From Candidatus Latescibacterota bacterium (GTDB taxonomy: Bacteria > Latescibacterota > CBDEFO01): DNA of 64,000 nucleotides. Positions 9,487-18,288 of this stretch are shown piece after piece. The DNA is taken from positions 4,344,680-4,408,679 of the forward strand of contig OZ252149.1 of the NCBI GenBank assembly GCA_965248755.1. The letters run 5' to 3'. Both the position numbers and the translations under genes were made by a program. Below the pieces are notes generated by a model that saw nothing but the letters and a program-made list of their open reading frames with translations, did no database searches and was not told where the DNA came from. Numbering within the stretch: the first letter of the stretch is position 1; every line of letters begins with the position of its first letter.

Positions 9487-10144
9487 GCTCATACGATCCG
9501 GAAGAGTTAAGCTCAACGGCACAAGAGTCACCAGTCCAGCTGAATATGTAGACCTGTGGAAAGATCGAGTAACCTTTGACGGTAAGGACATAAGCTATAG
9601 TGCAGAGCCAATTTACATAGTGCTGAATAAGGCCCAAGGATATATTACAACTGCGTGGGATACGCACAACAGAAAGACGGTATTTGATCTAATTGATGGC
9701 ATAGAAGGCAGGATATTCTCCGTCGGACGCCTCGACCTCGACACAGAGGGAGTTCTACTGCTTACAAATGACGGCCAGCTTGCTTTCAGGCTTATGCACC
9801 CAAGATACGAAGTAAGTAAGACCTACGAAGCCCTGGTTGAAGGGATACCAGACTCAAAGAGCCTGAAAAGACTATCGTCAGGAGTAGTATTGGACGGAAA
9901 AAAGACCTCTCCTGCCGCCGTCAGGATTAAGAGGAAAGCGGGAGCAGATGCCGTTTTGGAAATTGCGATCCACCAAGGGCAAAAGAGGCAGATAAAGCGG
10001 ATGTGCCAAAAGATCGGACATCCTGTAGTGGAACTGAGAAGGACTAACTTCGGCGGAATATCTGCCGTGGGGCTCGCAAGTGGAAAGTGGCGCCATCTCA
10101 AAAGTATTGAAGTGGAAGCGCTCAAAAGCTCCGTAGGCCTGTAA
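9404..10144 (+). CDS. RluB/RsuA-family pseudouridine synthase (S4 domain + catalytic domain)
   Basis: S4 domain RLNRFLAKAGIASRRKCDELIRSGRVKLNG and catalytic GRLDLDTEGVLLLTNDG. The ATG at 9404 overlaps the scpB tail by 83 nt. Confidence 0.85.
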   Translation: MDRKTQATTRLNRFLAKAGIASRRKCDELIRSGRVKLNGTRVTSPAEYVDLWKDRVTFDGKDISYSAEPIYIVLNKAQGYITTAWDTHNRKTVFDLIDGIEGRIFSVGRLDLDTEGVLLLTNDGQLAFRLMHPRYEVSKTYEALVEGIPDSKSLKRLSSGVVLDGKKTSPAAVRIKRKAGADAVLEIAIHQGQKRQIKRMCQKIGHPVVELRRTNFGGISAVGLASGKWRHLKSIEVEALKSSVGL

Positions 10145-10852
10145 TTGGATAGAAAAGCCATTGCAATTGTTATAGATGGTCCTGTCGCCTCTGGAAAGAG
10201 TACTACTGCCAGACTCGTCGCAGAGAGACTCGGCTACCGATGCATCGACAGCGGAGCAATTTACAGAGCCCTTACGCTTAAGGCCCTGCGCCAATGCGTA
10301 GATATCCAGGACGAAGCAGCCATGGGGCGCTTGGTTTTGAGTACAGAGGTAGATCTGACGCAAAAAGATAGGAAACTGACAGTCCTTTTGGATGGGGAAG
10401 ACGTGTCCGAACAGATACGCCTTCCGGAAGTTACAAACAGCGTTGCTCCTGTATCTGAGATGAAGAGCGTAAGAGAGATCATCGTTCAGAGGCAAAGGGA
10501 GTTGGGAAAAGATAAAGCGATAGTTATGGAAGGCAGGGACACAGGAACAGTTGTCTTCCCCGACGCTGAGCTGAAGATATTCCTGACAGCAGACATAAGA
10601 GAGAGGGCCAAGAGGCGACATCTTGAACTTAAATCCAAAGGTATACATGTCGCCGTGAATGAGTTAGAAGAGGATATAAGAGAAAGAGATAGAAGAAACG
10701 TCCAAAGGAAGTACGGACCTGAAAGAAGGTCCGAAGACGCCCAATTGTTAGACACTACCGGGCTTACTGTAGATGAACAGGTGGACAGAATAGTTCAGAT
10801 GGCAGAAGAACTTATACAGAATAAAAGCAAAGGAGAGGATACACTCTCTTAG
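10145..10852 (+). CDS. cmk: Cytidylate kinase
   Basis: P-loop IVIDGPVASGKST. Conserved cmk-rpsA neighbourhood. Confidence 0.9.
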   Translation: MDRKAIAIVIDGPVASGKSTTARLVAERLGYRCIDSGAIYRALTLKALRQCVDIQDEAAMGRLVLSTEVDLTQKDRKLTVLLDGEDVSEQIRLPEVTNSVAPVSEMKSVREIIVQRQRELGKDKAIVMEGRDTGTVVFPDAELKIFLTADIRERAKRRHLELKSKGIHVAVNELEEDIRERDRRNVQRKYGPERRSEDAQLLDTTGLTVDEQVDRIVQMAEELIQNKSKGEDTLS

Positions 10853-10859
10853 CATGTGA

Positions 10860-11507
10860 TTGTTGATTCCCAAAAAAGCTGTGGCATCTAAATTTTACAC
10901 TATTTCCTGGTGGATAGTACTAACCCTCTTTAGGATATTTTTGAGACTCAAAGTCGAGGGAAAGGAAAACGTACCGGAAGAAGGAGGTGTGATATTAGCA
11001 AGCAATCACGCCTCATATATAGATCCGCCCGTAGTGGGTGTGAGCACCAAAAGGGAGATGAAGTTCCTCGCCAAAAGAGAGCTTTTCGAACCACCTGTTT
11101 TCGGGACTATTATAACTAAGCTCAATGCTGTTCCGATAAATAGGAGCGGATTCGGCAAGGAACCTTTAGATGTTATGTACAAGGCTTTAGAAGAGGACAT
11201 GGCCGTTATCGTCTTTCCTGAAGGTACAAGAAACAAAGGTAGATATTTGGGAAAAGCTAAAGCCGGTCTTGGGATGATAGCCTTACGATCATCCAAGCCC
11301 ATCGTGCCTGTACATATATCTGGCACAAGATCTGTATGGCGCTCGTTGATCGGCATCGAAAGAGTCAAAGTCAGCTTCGGTAAACCTATAAACTTGGATG
11401 AGATTCCGCTCTCTGGAAACAGGAAAGATGATTACCGTACTGTTACCCAAGAGGTGATGCGGGAGATCGAAAAGCTGAAAGCATTTCAAGGTAAAGTAAA
11501 GCAGTAA
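10860..11507 (+). CDS. plsC: 1-acyl-sn-glycerol-3-phosphate acyltransferase
   Basis: Acyltransferase motifs NHASYID (HX4D) and FPEGTR. Confidence 0.85.
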   Translation: MLIPKKAVASKFYTISWWIVLTLFRIFLRLKVEGKENVPEEGGVILASNHASYIDPPVVGVSTKREMKFLAKRELFEPPVFGTIITKLNAVPINRSGFGKEPLDVMYKALEEDMAVIVFPEGTRNKGRYLGKAKAGLGMIALRSSKPIVPVHISGTRSVWRSLIGIERVKVSFGKPINLDEIPLSGNRKDDYRTVTQEVMREIEKLKAFQGKVKQ

Positions 11508-11534
11508 AATCCACGAAAAGGAGGAGAACAGGCG

Positions 11535-13919
11535 ATGCCTGAAGAGCCAAAATCGGCGCCGGAATCCGGCGAAGAAACCGTAGAGTTATCTACAGAGGAA
11601 AACGGAGGTGATGAAAAAGAATCTATCGTTCAATCGGAGACGACCTTGGATGCTGACCAGCCCTTACTTTCTCTGGATGAAGGCGAAAAAGAGTACTCCG
11701 ATGAGGAGTTTGCCAAGATGCTCGACCTCTATGACAGCACAATGCAGGGCATCAAGGCTGGAGAAGTTGTAAAGGGGAAGATCCTGTCCGTAGGTGAAAA
11801 CGAGGTGATGGTGGACATAGGCTTCAAATCTGAAGGAACTATATCTATAGATGAGTTCAAGGACCAAGAATCCATAGAAATCGGCAGCGAAGTTGAGGTC
11901 TATCTTGAGGACGTTGAAGATAAGGAGGGGCAGGTAGTTCTTTCCAAGCAAAAAGCTGATTTTATGCGCGTCTGGGATATGATCAAAGAGGCGCACGATA
12001 GTAATGATACTATCGAAGGCACCCTAACAAGACGTATCAAAGGCGGTATCGTTGTAGACCTCTTGGGCGTGGATGCTTTCCTACCCGGCTCACAGATAGA
12101 CATAAAACAGGTCAGAAACTTCGACCAGTTCGTGGGCCAGAGCTTCCATCTTAAGATCATCAAGATCAACAAGAACAGGAGGAACATCGTCGTCTCCAGG
12201 AGAGCCGTCCTTGAGGAAGAAAGGGAAAAACTAAGGAGAACTATTATAGAGGATATCCAAGAGGGACAGATAAGAGAAGGGACAGTCAAGAACATCACTG
12301 ACTTCGGAGTCTTCATAGACCTTGGGGGAGTGGACGGACTGCTCCATATCACTGACATGTCCTGGGGCAGGGTCAACCATCCATCTGAACTCGTGGCAAT
12401 CGGAGACGAGATCAGCGTTGTAATACTCAGCTTCGATGAAGAAAAACAGAGGATATCTCTTGGACTCAAACAGCTTCAACCTCATCCGTGGGACACTATA
12501 GAAGAAAGATATCCCGTTAGTAAAAAGGTGGCAGGAAAAGTGGTCAGCATTACTGACTACGGCGCCTTTATAGAGTTAGAGGAGGGAGTGGAAGGACTTG
12601 TGCATATTTCAGAGATGTCCTGGACGCAGCACATCAGGCATCCTTCAAAAGTAGTCTCTATAGGTGGCGAGGTTGAAGTCGTGGTCCTGCGCGTTGATAA
12701 GGATGAGCAAAAGATATCCCTGGGCATAAAACAGGTCCAGCCTGATCCTTGGCTTACGATCGAGGAGAGCTATCCTTCCGGAACAGTCATCAAAGGCAAT
12801 GTGCGCAATCTTACCAACTTCGGTGCCTTTGTAGAGATTGAGGAAGGCATTGATGGGCTCGTTCATGTCTCAGATATGTCCTGGACCAGGAGAGTTCGAC
12901 ATCCGAGTGAGATAATGAAAAAAGGAGATGACGTGGATGTAGTAATTTTAAGTGTCAATCAAGAAAGACGGAGGATCTCCCTTGGACACAAACAGGTCCT
13001 CGAAAACCCATGGCCTCAACTTGCCGATGAATACGCTCCCGGAACAGAGACCGAAGGTACAGTCTATAAACTCCTCGACAGAGGCATCGTCGTCGAACTT
13101 GAGGGAAATGTGGAAGGTTTTATACCGACCTCGCAATTGGGCGTACCGAACATTAGGAAGCTCACTGACCACTTCGAGGTAGGAGACAAGATCCCGATGA
13201 AGGTCATTGAATTCGATGAAGCTCAAAAAAAGATCGTCCTGAGCGTCAAAGAATACCTCAGAGACAAAGAACAACAGGAGATCGAAGAGTATAGAGAGAA
13301 GTATCAGCCCAAGTCTGTTACCATTGAAGAAGTGATAGAAGAAATCCCTGAAGCTTCCAACGCAGAGGACGTAGAGATTGAGACTGCTGCTAAAGATTCG
13401 GTTGAGAGAATAGAAGAGGAAGTTCAGAATGAGGCTCCAGAAGATGAGGGGATGTCCGAAGCAGCACAGGCTGAGGTTGCAGACGAGGCTGATGTGGATG
13501 CTGAAGCCTCAGTTGAGGAGGTAAAGAAGGAAGTTCAGAATGAGGCTCCAGAAGATGAGGGGACGTCCGAAGCAGCAAAGGCTGAGGTTGTAGACGAGGC
13601 TGAGGTGGGTGCTGAAGCCTCAGTTGAGGAGGTAAAGAAGGAAGTTCAGAATGAGGCTCCAGAAGATGAGGGGACGTCCGAGGCAGCACAGGCTGAGGTT
13701 GCAGATGAGGCTGAGGTGGATGCTGAAGCCTCAGTTGAGGAGGTAAAGAAGGAAGTTCAGAATGAGGCTCCAGAAGATGAGGGGACGTCCGAAGCAGCAC
13801 AGACTGAGGTTGCAGAGGAGGCTGAGGTGGATGCTGAAGCCTCAGTTGAGGAGGTAAAGAAGGAAGTTCAGAATGAGGCTCCAGAAGATGAGAAAGACGT
13901 CCGAAGCAGCACAGACTGA
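11535..13919 (+). CDS. rpsA: 30S ribosomal protein S1 with long acidic C-terminal repeat extension
   Basis: Six S1 domains (repeated G.V...T.FGAF.....G.DGL.H.S). Residues after about 620 are 37-aa acidic repeats. Confidence 0.9.
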   Translation: MPEEPKSAPESGEETVELSTEENGGDEKESIVQSETTLDADQPLLSLDEGEKEYSDEEFAKMLDLYDSTMQGIKAGEVVKGKILSVGENEVMVDIGFKSEGTISIDEFKDQESIEIGSEVEVYLEDVEDKEGQVVLSKQKADFMRVWDMIKEAHDSNDTIEGTLTRRIKGGIVVDLLGVDAFLPGSQIDIKQVRNFDQFVGQSFHLKIIKINKNRRNIVVSRRAVLEEEREKLRRTIIEDIQEGQIREGTVKNITDFGVFIDLGGVDGLLHITDMSWGRVNHPSELVAIGDEISVVILSFDEEKQRISLGLKQLQPHPWDTIEERYPVSKKVAGKVVSITDYGAFIELEEGVEGLVHISEMSWTQHIRHPSKVVSIGGEVEVVVLRVDKDEQKISLGIKQVQPDPWLTIEESYPSGTVIKGNVRNLTNFGAFVEIEEGIDGLVHVSDMSWTRRVRHPSEIMKKGDDVDVVILSVNQERRRISLGHKQVLENPWPQLADEYAPGTETEGTVYKLLDRGIVVELEGNVEGFIPTSQLGVPNIRKLTDHFEVGDKIPMKVIEFDEAQKKIVLSVKEYLRDKEQQEIEEYREKYQPKSVTIEEVIEEIPEASNAEDVEIETAAKDSVERIEEEVQNEAPEDEGMSEAAQAEVADEADVDAEASVEEVKKEVQNEAPEDEGTSEAAKAEVVDEAEVGAEASVEEVKKEVQNEAPEDEGTSEAAQAEVADEAEVDAEASVEEVKKEVQNEAPEDEGTSEAAQTEVAEEAEVDAEASVEEVKKEVQNEAPEDEKDVRSSTD
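13419..13916 (+). repeat. 111-nt (37-aa) coding tandem repeat: 4 full copies plus a disrupted fifth
   Basis: gaagttcagaatgaggctccagaagatgag recurs at 13419 and 13530 and then every 111 nt. The unit is EVQNEAPEDEGTSEAAQAEVADEAEVDAEASVEEVKK. Confidence 0.85.
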
Positions 13920-14064
13920 GGTTGCAGAGGAGGGGAAGAGGGCTGTGGAGACGACTTTCAAGAAGGCTGACTAACCGCAAAACAGAAAAGAGTTGGGAAT
14001 TTGACCCATTAGTTCTTTATTTTGGGAAATGGTATCTCAATTTAACACTTAGTGAATCGACTGC

Positions 14065-14778
14065 TTAGCGAAAATTCTGTATGGAATCAACGTTCGGATC
14101 GGTTGGCAGATCGCGCAAAGGTCTATTCTCAGAGATAATCAATCCTTTCCCCCTGTAAGCGATATATCTTCCCTTTTCCAAGCGCCTTAAGATTCTCGTT
14201 ACTGTCTCTCGCGTCGTTCCGCAAAGGCTCGCAAGCTCTCTGTGAGTAGGCATTTTCTCGATAAAGACCACACCTTTCTCCCCGACCTCAGTTTTGGCAC
14301 CCAACTCCATCAAGCTCCTTGAGATTCTCCCCGCGGCATCTAAAAGAGCAAGGGTTTCAATCCGCTCGTCCGCCTTCCGCAACCTCGTAGTCAGTTCCAC
14401 CAAAAACTTGATTATAATCCCCGGATTCCTTTGCACCAGATCATAAAGGTCGTCCCTTCTAAGCACGAGAAGTTCCGTATCCTCAGTAATAGCTATCACG
14501 TTGGCTGAGCGAGGTTTATTATCTAACAGGGCCAATTCTCCGAAGAAGTCTCCTTCGCCGAAGAAATCCAGAAGTACCTCCCTTCCCTGTTTGTCTGTGA
14601 TGATAACCTTTACCTTGCCCCTTTTGATGATGAACATCGCATTTCCTACTTGCTTTTCCAGGACTATCGTCTCATTTTTCCGACACTGGCGAGCTACTAC
14701 TAATGTCAAGAGTCTTTCTAACTCATCTTGTGTCAGATCCTGGAAAAGCGGGACCTTTCTTAACAGATCTAATCCCAT
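14065..14778 (-). CDS. Crp/Fnr-family transcriptional regulator
   Basis: cNMP-binding domain (FFGEGDFFGELALLD...RSA) plus a C-terminal HTH (THRELASLCGTTRETVTRILRRL). Confidence 0.85.
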   Translation of the reverse strand: MGLDLLRKVPLFQDLTQDELERLLTLVVARQCRKNETIVLEKQVGNAMFIIKRGKVKVIITDKQGREVLLDFFGEGDFFGELALLDNKPRSANVIAITEDTELLVLRRDDLYDLVQRNPGIIIKFLVELTTRLRKADERIETLALLDAAGRISRSLMELGAKTEVGEKGVVFIEKMPTHRELASLCGTTRETVTRILRRLEKGRYIAYRGKGLIISENRPLRDLPTDPNVDSIQNFR

Positions 14779-14842
14779 CAGGCTGCCCCTTCGTTTTTTA
14801 TATTCTGCGACGTCAGGACAAGCGATCTATCCTGCTAGCAAT

Positions 14843-15559
14843 TTAACTCCTGTTATTAGCACAAACACTAAGATTACTCTTGAAAAAGGCCACATCCGAA
14901 ATACGCCTGTTTAGAAATATCCCGAGCATCATTCCTGCGGTAGTAAACGGAATAAGGGAGAGATCTTCCTTTAAGGTTTGTGAATTTAGAAATCCCAATT
15001 TGATATAGGGCAACATCTTTATCAGATTGATTGAAAAATATAGTACCGTCGCTGTCCCAACAAACGCTCTATTTGGCAACCTTTGTGGGAACACGTACAT
15101 CATGGTAAGAACGCCTCCAATGTGAGCTAGAATAGAGAAGAACCCTGTGGCAATTCCCACAACTGTTCCATAGATGTAGCTCGGCTGCCAATGGGCATCT
15201 CTGCTTACTAACGTGTTCCTTGTAACCTGAATCAGCCCAAAGATAAAGGCTATAACACCAATCGATTTTTTAAGATAAAAGTTTGGGACTTCGTTGAGGA
15301 CCATCCCCGACCAATGTTCCCGAAATCGCCCCAGGCATGAGGGACTTTATGTTTCCCATTCTCACAATCTCCAGTAGTAGAACAAAGATAGAATATCGGT
15401 CAACAAAAGCAGCGGGAGCATTATGCCTATCGCCTGCTTGGGTGGCATCACAACAACTAAAAGTGGTGTGGCTAATATTCCCGTCCCCCCACCGAATCCA
15501 GCCTTAGTCACACCTATTAGCAAAGATGCCCCGCATGAGGCGAGATTTTCGTAGCTTAT
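14843..15559 (-). pseudogene. TauE/SafE (DUF81) family permease, disrupted: ATA in place of the start, plus two compensating 1-nt frame changes
   Basis: An N-terminal piece (SYENLASCGASLLIGVTKAGFGGGTGILATPLL...FYYWR) runs into a TGA at 15362-15364. Residues MGNIKSLMPGAISGTLVG read in another frame. The track ORF (14843-15304) returns to the first frame. GGAGGA lies 6 nt before an ATA codon at 15559. Confidence 0.55.
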
Positions 15560-15571
15560 ATCTTTTCCTCC

Positions 15572-15962
15572 CTACCGAAGGATTTTCCGGAGACCATGAC
15601 GATGGTCCTCTCTATACCCATTTTGAAGCTGACGCAGTATGTTCAGAGTATCTGAGCCCTTGTCCTCCTTTTGTCCCTCTTCCGTCCTAAAAGCACATGT
15701 CCCGCGCTCACCTTGGATGCCTTAACCTCCTTCAGCTTCATTCGAGGCCGTCTCCAAACTTGCGCTGGCGTACGATGTGAACGGTATCTCCTGATCCACT
15801 GGATCAACCCCTAGGTTGGCAAGAGAGGTACCTCTCTTGCCGCTACGCTCCTTAATCAGTGCCAAGAGGATATGTTCAGTGCCCGATAGCTGTGCCTTAA
15901 ACGCGGCCTCCGACCGGGCGTATTGCATTAAGTTCCTTGCTCCTTCTGCAAAGAATTCCCTC
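15572..15962 (-). pseudogene. Clp N-terminal (Clp_N repeat) domain gene remnant
   Basis: FFAEGARNLMQYARSEAAFKAQLSGTEHILLALIKE...LGVD matches Clp_N repeat 1. A second repeat (VSAGHVLL) reads only after frame changes. No start codon follows the upstream stop. Confidence 0.4.
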
Positions 15963-16126
15963 TAGTTAACTGTCGGCACGACGGTTCAAATCTATTCTGT
16001 ACTCCAGGGTCCCCGCCTCGTCTCGTAAGTTTTCCGCTGGCACATAGCCGTGTGCGTTCCCCACCAAGTTCTTAGCTTTTCTCAGGTCCCAGGTCTCTTT
16101 GCGATTCTTTTTTGAGTAGTAGGTTC

Positions 16127-17173
16127 CTATCGCATCAGGACCATTTTTCTTGTCTTCGCAAAGTCCCACGAGTCCCACGCTGTGATCCTGTAGTAATAAA
16201 CCCCGCTTGCGACCTCCTTCTTGTTGTCGTCCAGTCCATCCCAACCAGTATAATGGCTGCCCGCTTCCATATAGGAATTTACAAGAGTCCTTACCTTTTG
16301 CCCACCGGTGTTGTATATAGATAAGGTTACCATTCCTGCAGATGGGAGATCATAATAGATAGTAGTCAGTGGATTGAAGGGATTTGGATAGTTTTGAAAG
16401 AGCCGGTGAACATCAGGCACAGCTGAGGCTCTATCACCTATAAGCTCTGTCTTTACGGGAATCAGTCCCTCGTTCAACTGGACTTTGCGCAGCCATATGT
16501 AAGCGGGGACAGGTAGTCCTGGAAGCAGGGATTTTACTTTGATAAAGGCAATTTCTCCCTTTCCCCTATATGGCTCAGACCCTGCAAAGGCTATCTTGAG
16601 CGTGCTTTCATCGACTTTGCTTGCAAACAATCCCACCCGGGTCAAATCCGACGGCAATGCGCCTGATATCTCAAGCTCTGTCGGATCAAAGGATATTTCG
16701 ACATGTCCGGCTATTACCTTTTCCATATTGTCGATAAGTACAGGAACTTTGAACTCTCCGCTTTCAAGCTTCTGAGCATTACCCATACGCACTGTCCGAA
16801 CTATAAATGATGACTGCAATCGGGGATCGTCCCCGACCGGAAGCGTTCTAATCTTTCCCTCTACAAATTGCAGTATCAGTGCGGCGTCGTACGAAGTTAT
16901 CTGCTCCTGAACCGAACCGGAATTCCCGCTTACATTTGAAACTTTGGGTGTTAATCCGGCGTAGTCCGTGCTGTCCTTTTGTCCCACCGCAAATTGGAGT
17001 ATCAAGGAGGCATCAAACGCCGATATTTCCCCATTTCCACTTACGTCAAAGTTCGTCTCTGCGTCAGCATTGTCCAGAAAGGAAAAGGATAAGATGGCGA
17101 ATAAGAAAACGATTCTTAACGACCTTTCACATTTTACCATCGCACAGCCTTTCGCTCTCAAATGCCTCTTCAT
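16127..17173 (-). CDS. Secreted protein: signal peptide + dockerin-like pair + cohesin-like domain + T9SS C-terminal sorting domain
   Basis: DVSGNGEISAFDASLILQFAVG and ITSYDAALILQFVEG (dockerin EF-hand segments). FKVPVLIDNMEKVIAGHVEISFDPTELEI (cohesin-like). NYPNPFNPLTTIYYDLP...SGVYYYRI...RKMVLMR (type-A CTD). Confidence 0.75.
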   Translation of the reverse strand: MKRHLRAKGCAMVKCERSLRIVFLFAILSFSFLDNADAETNFDVSGNGEISAFDASLILQFAVGQKDSTDYAGLTPKVSNVSGNSGSVQEQITSYDAALILQFVEGKIRTLPVGDDPRLQSSFIVRTVRMGNAQKLESGEFKVPVLIDNMEKVIAGHVEISFDPTELEISGALPSDLTRVGLFASKVDESTLKIAFAGSEPYRGKGEIAFIKVKSLLPGLPVPAYIWLRKVQLNEGLIPVKTELIGDRASAVPDVHRLFQNYPNPFNPLTTIYYDLPSAGMVTLSIYNTGGQKVRTLVNSYMEAGSHYTGWDGLDDNKKEVASGVYYYRITAWDSWDFAKTRKMVLMR

Positions 17174-17762
17174 ACTTCTTGGGTGCAGATATTCAAAGGT
17201 TTAGACACATGTCTTCCCAGATATAAACTAATCTACAAGTGGTTATATTAAATGTCAAGACAATTCGTGCCTGCCACTTGCACCTGCGATATGTAGAAAG
17301 ACAAAGTAAGGTGGTGTAATTTGAAAGAGTAGATTCTCGACAAAGTTTGGAAGGAGTAGCGCGTCGGGAAGGCTCATGCTCACGAGCTTTTGTTCCGCCG
17401 TGCAGTCCGCTGATATATCAATCCTCACAGTCGAGGTCATAGCCATACGACAAGCCTGCCCCGATGCCTTATGTTCGGACATACAACAGCATTTCTGAGC
17501 CCAGCATGGAAAAGGTGAGGACCCATTCTTCTACAGTTGAAGATTAGCAGATGCTTCCGAAGTCGACAAGAAGACCACAGCGGACATAAACACTGTTTTC
17601 AAGGACAAACCCTTAACATCTGACACTATATGTGTGATCTTCAACGAACTTACCCCCTGCCTTTTTGAACAATCTCCCTGTAGAATAATACGAGATTTTC
17701 CAAAAATATGCAGGAGGAATCTTGATCTGTGCGCACAAAATAGGATGGTTTAGAAAGTGGGA

Positions 17763-17963
17763 TTAACCCACTGCGTCCACATTCAGCCCCAAGTCAGTAA
17801 TACGAGCTGTTCTTGGAGGGACTTGGCCTTCACTTACAAGTTTAAGGAGCATTTCTCCCTGAGATTGTACGGAGTCCTTGACCATATTGAGCCTGGCGGC
17901 CTCGAACTTTAACGCGGTCTTCAGTGTACTTAGAGTGTTTAACGTGTCTATTACATCATCCAT
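17763..17963 (-). CDS. Small YjfB-like (putative motility protein family) protein
   Basis: 66 aa. The pattern ...LNMVKDSVQSQGEMLLKLV...DLGLNVDAVG resembles the YjfB family. Weak call. Confidence 0.35.
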   Translation of the reverse strand: MDDVIDTLNTLSTLKTALKFEAARLNMVKDSVQSQGEMLLKLVSEGQVPPRTARITDLGLNVDAVG

Positions 17964-18084
17964 GATCTGTAATCCTCCTATCTTTAAACGGGGCGCTCAC
18001 GATGAAGAGAATGGTTGTCTCCGTATTTATTATCGGCGGATCAGAGGCGAACTTTAGATTATCGTCCAAGTCCGACTTCTATTC

Positions 18085-18113
18085 TTGACTTCATATCCAT
18101 TTCTGTTTATCTT
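18085..18113 (+). promoter_or_regulatory. Candidate sigma70-type promoter for the selD leader
   Basis: TTGACT (18085-18090), 17 nt, TATCTT (18108-18113). Confidence 0.3.
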
Positions 18114-18135
18114 TCTAGAAATTCTATATGGCTAT

Positions 18136-18253
18136 AAGATTGCTTCGAGGTTCGGCACCACGCAATGACGTTGCTTGCCTTTGCCTTGGTCATAGCGACA
18201 CCAGCCCCCGATTGAATCTAGCGGGGTCAATCGGTGGGAGCGAAGCAATCTCA
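18136..18253 (+). promoter_or_regulatory. Structured ~115-nt three-stem element in the selD 5' leader (candidate cis-regulatory RNA)
   Basis: P1: agattgcttcg 18137-18147 pairs with cgaagcaatct 18241-18251 (11 bp). P2: cgcaatgac 18161-18169 pairs with gtcatagcg 18189-18197 (8 of 9). P3: ccgattga 18208-18215 pairs with tcaatcgg 18227-18234 (8 bp). Confidence 0.4.
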
Positions 18254-18288
18254 TACTTCCTCGAGTTCTTAAATCAGGAGACACTTTT

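Noticed and set aside
13419-13916. Regularly spaced 111-nt repeats considered as a CRISPR array
   Set aside because: The units are contiguous with no unique spacers. They are in frame within rpsA and are far longer than CRISPR repeats. No cas genes are present in the window.
13390-13980. 196-aa minus-strand ORF (LPSLPPQLRLQHPPQP repeats) opposite the rpsA tail
   Set aside because: It is an antisense shadow of the 111-nt coding repeat. The sense frame is a continuation of a bona fide S1 protein.
18125-18265. tRNA-Sec (selC) or another tRNA next to selD
   Set aside because: A TCA triplet sits in a hairpin on the minus strand. However, no cloverleaf can be drawn. There is no D-arm complement, no T-loop GTTCRANYC-like sequence, and the 11-bp closing helix does not fit an 8+5 or 7+5 acceptor/T arrangement.
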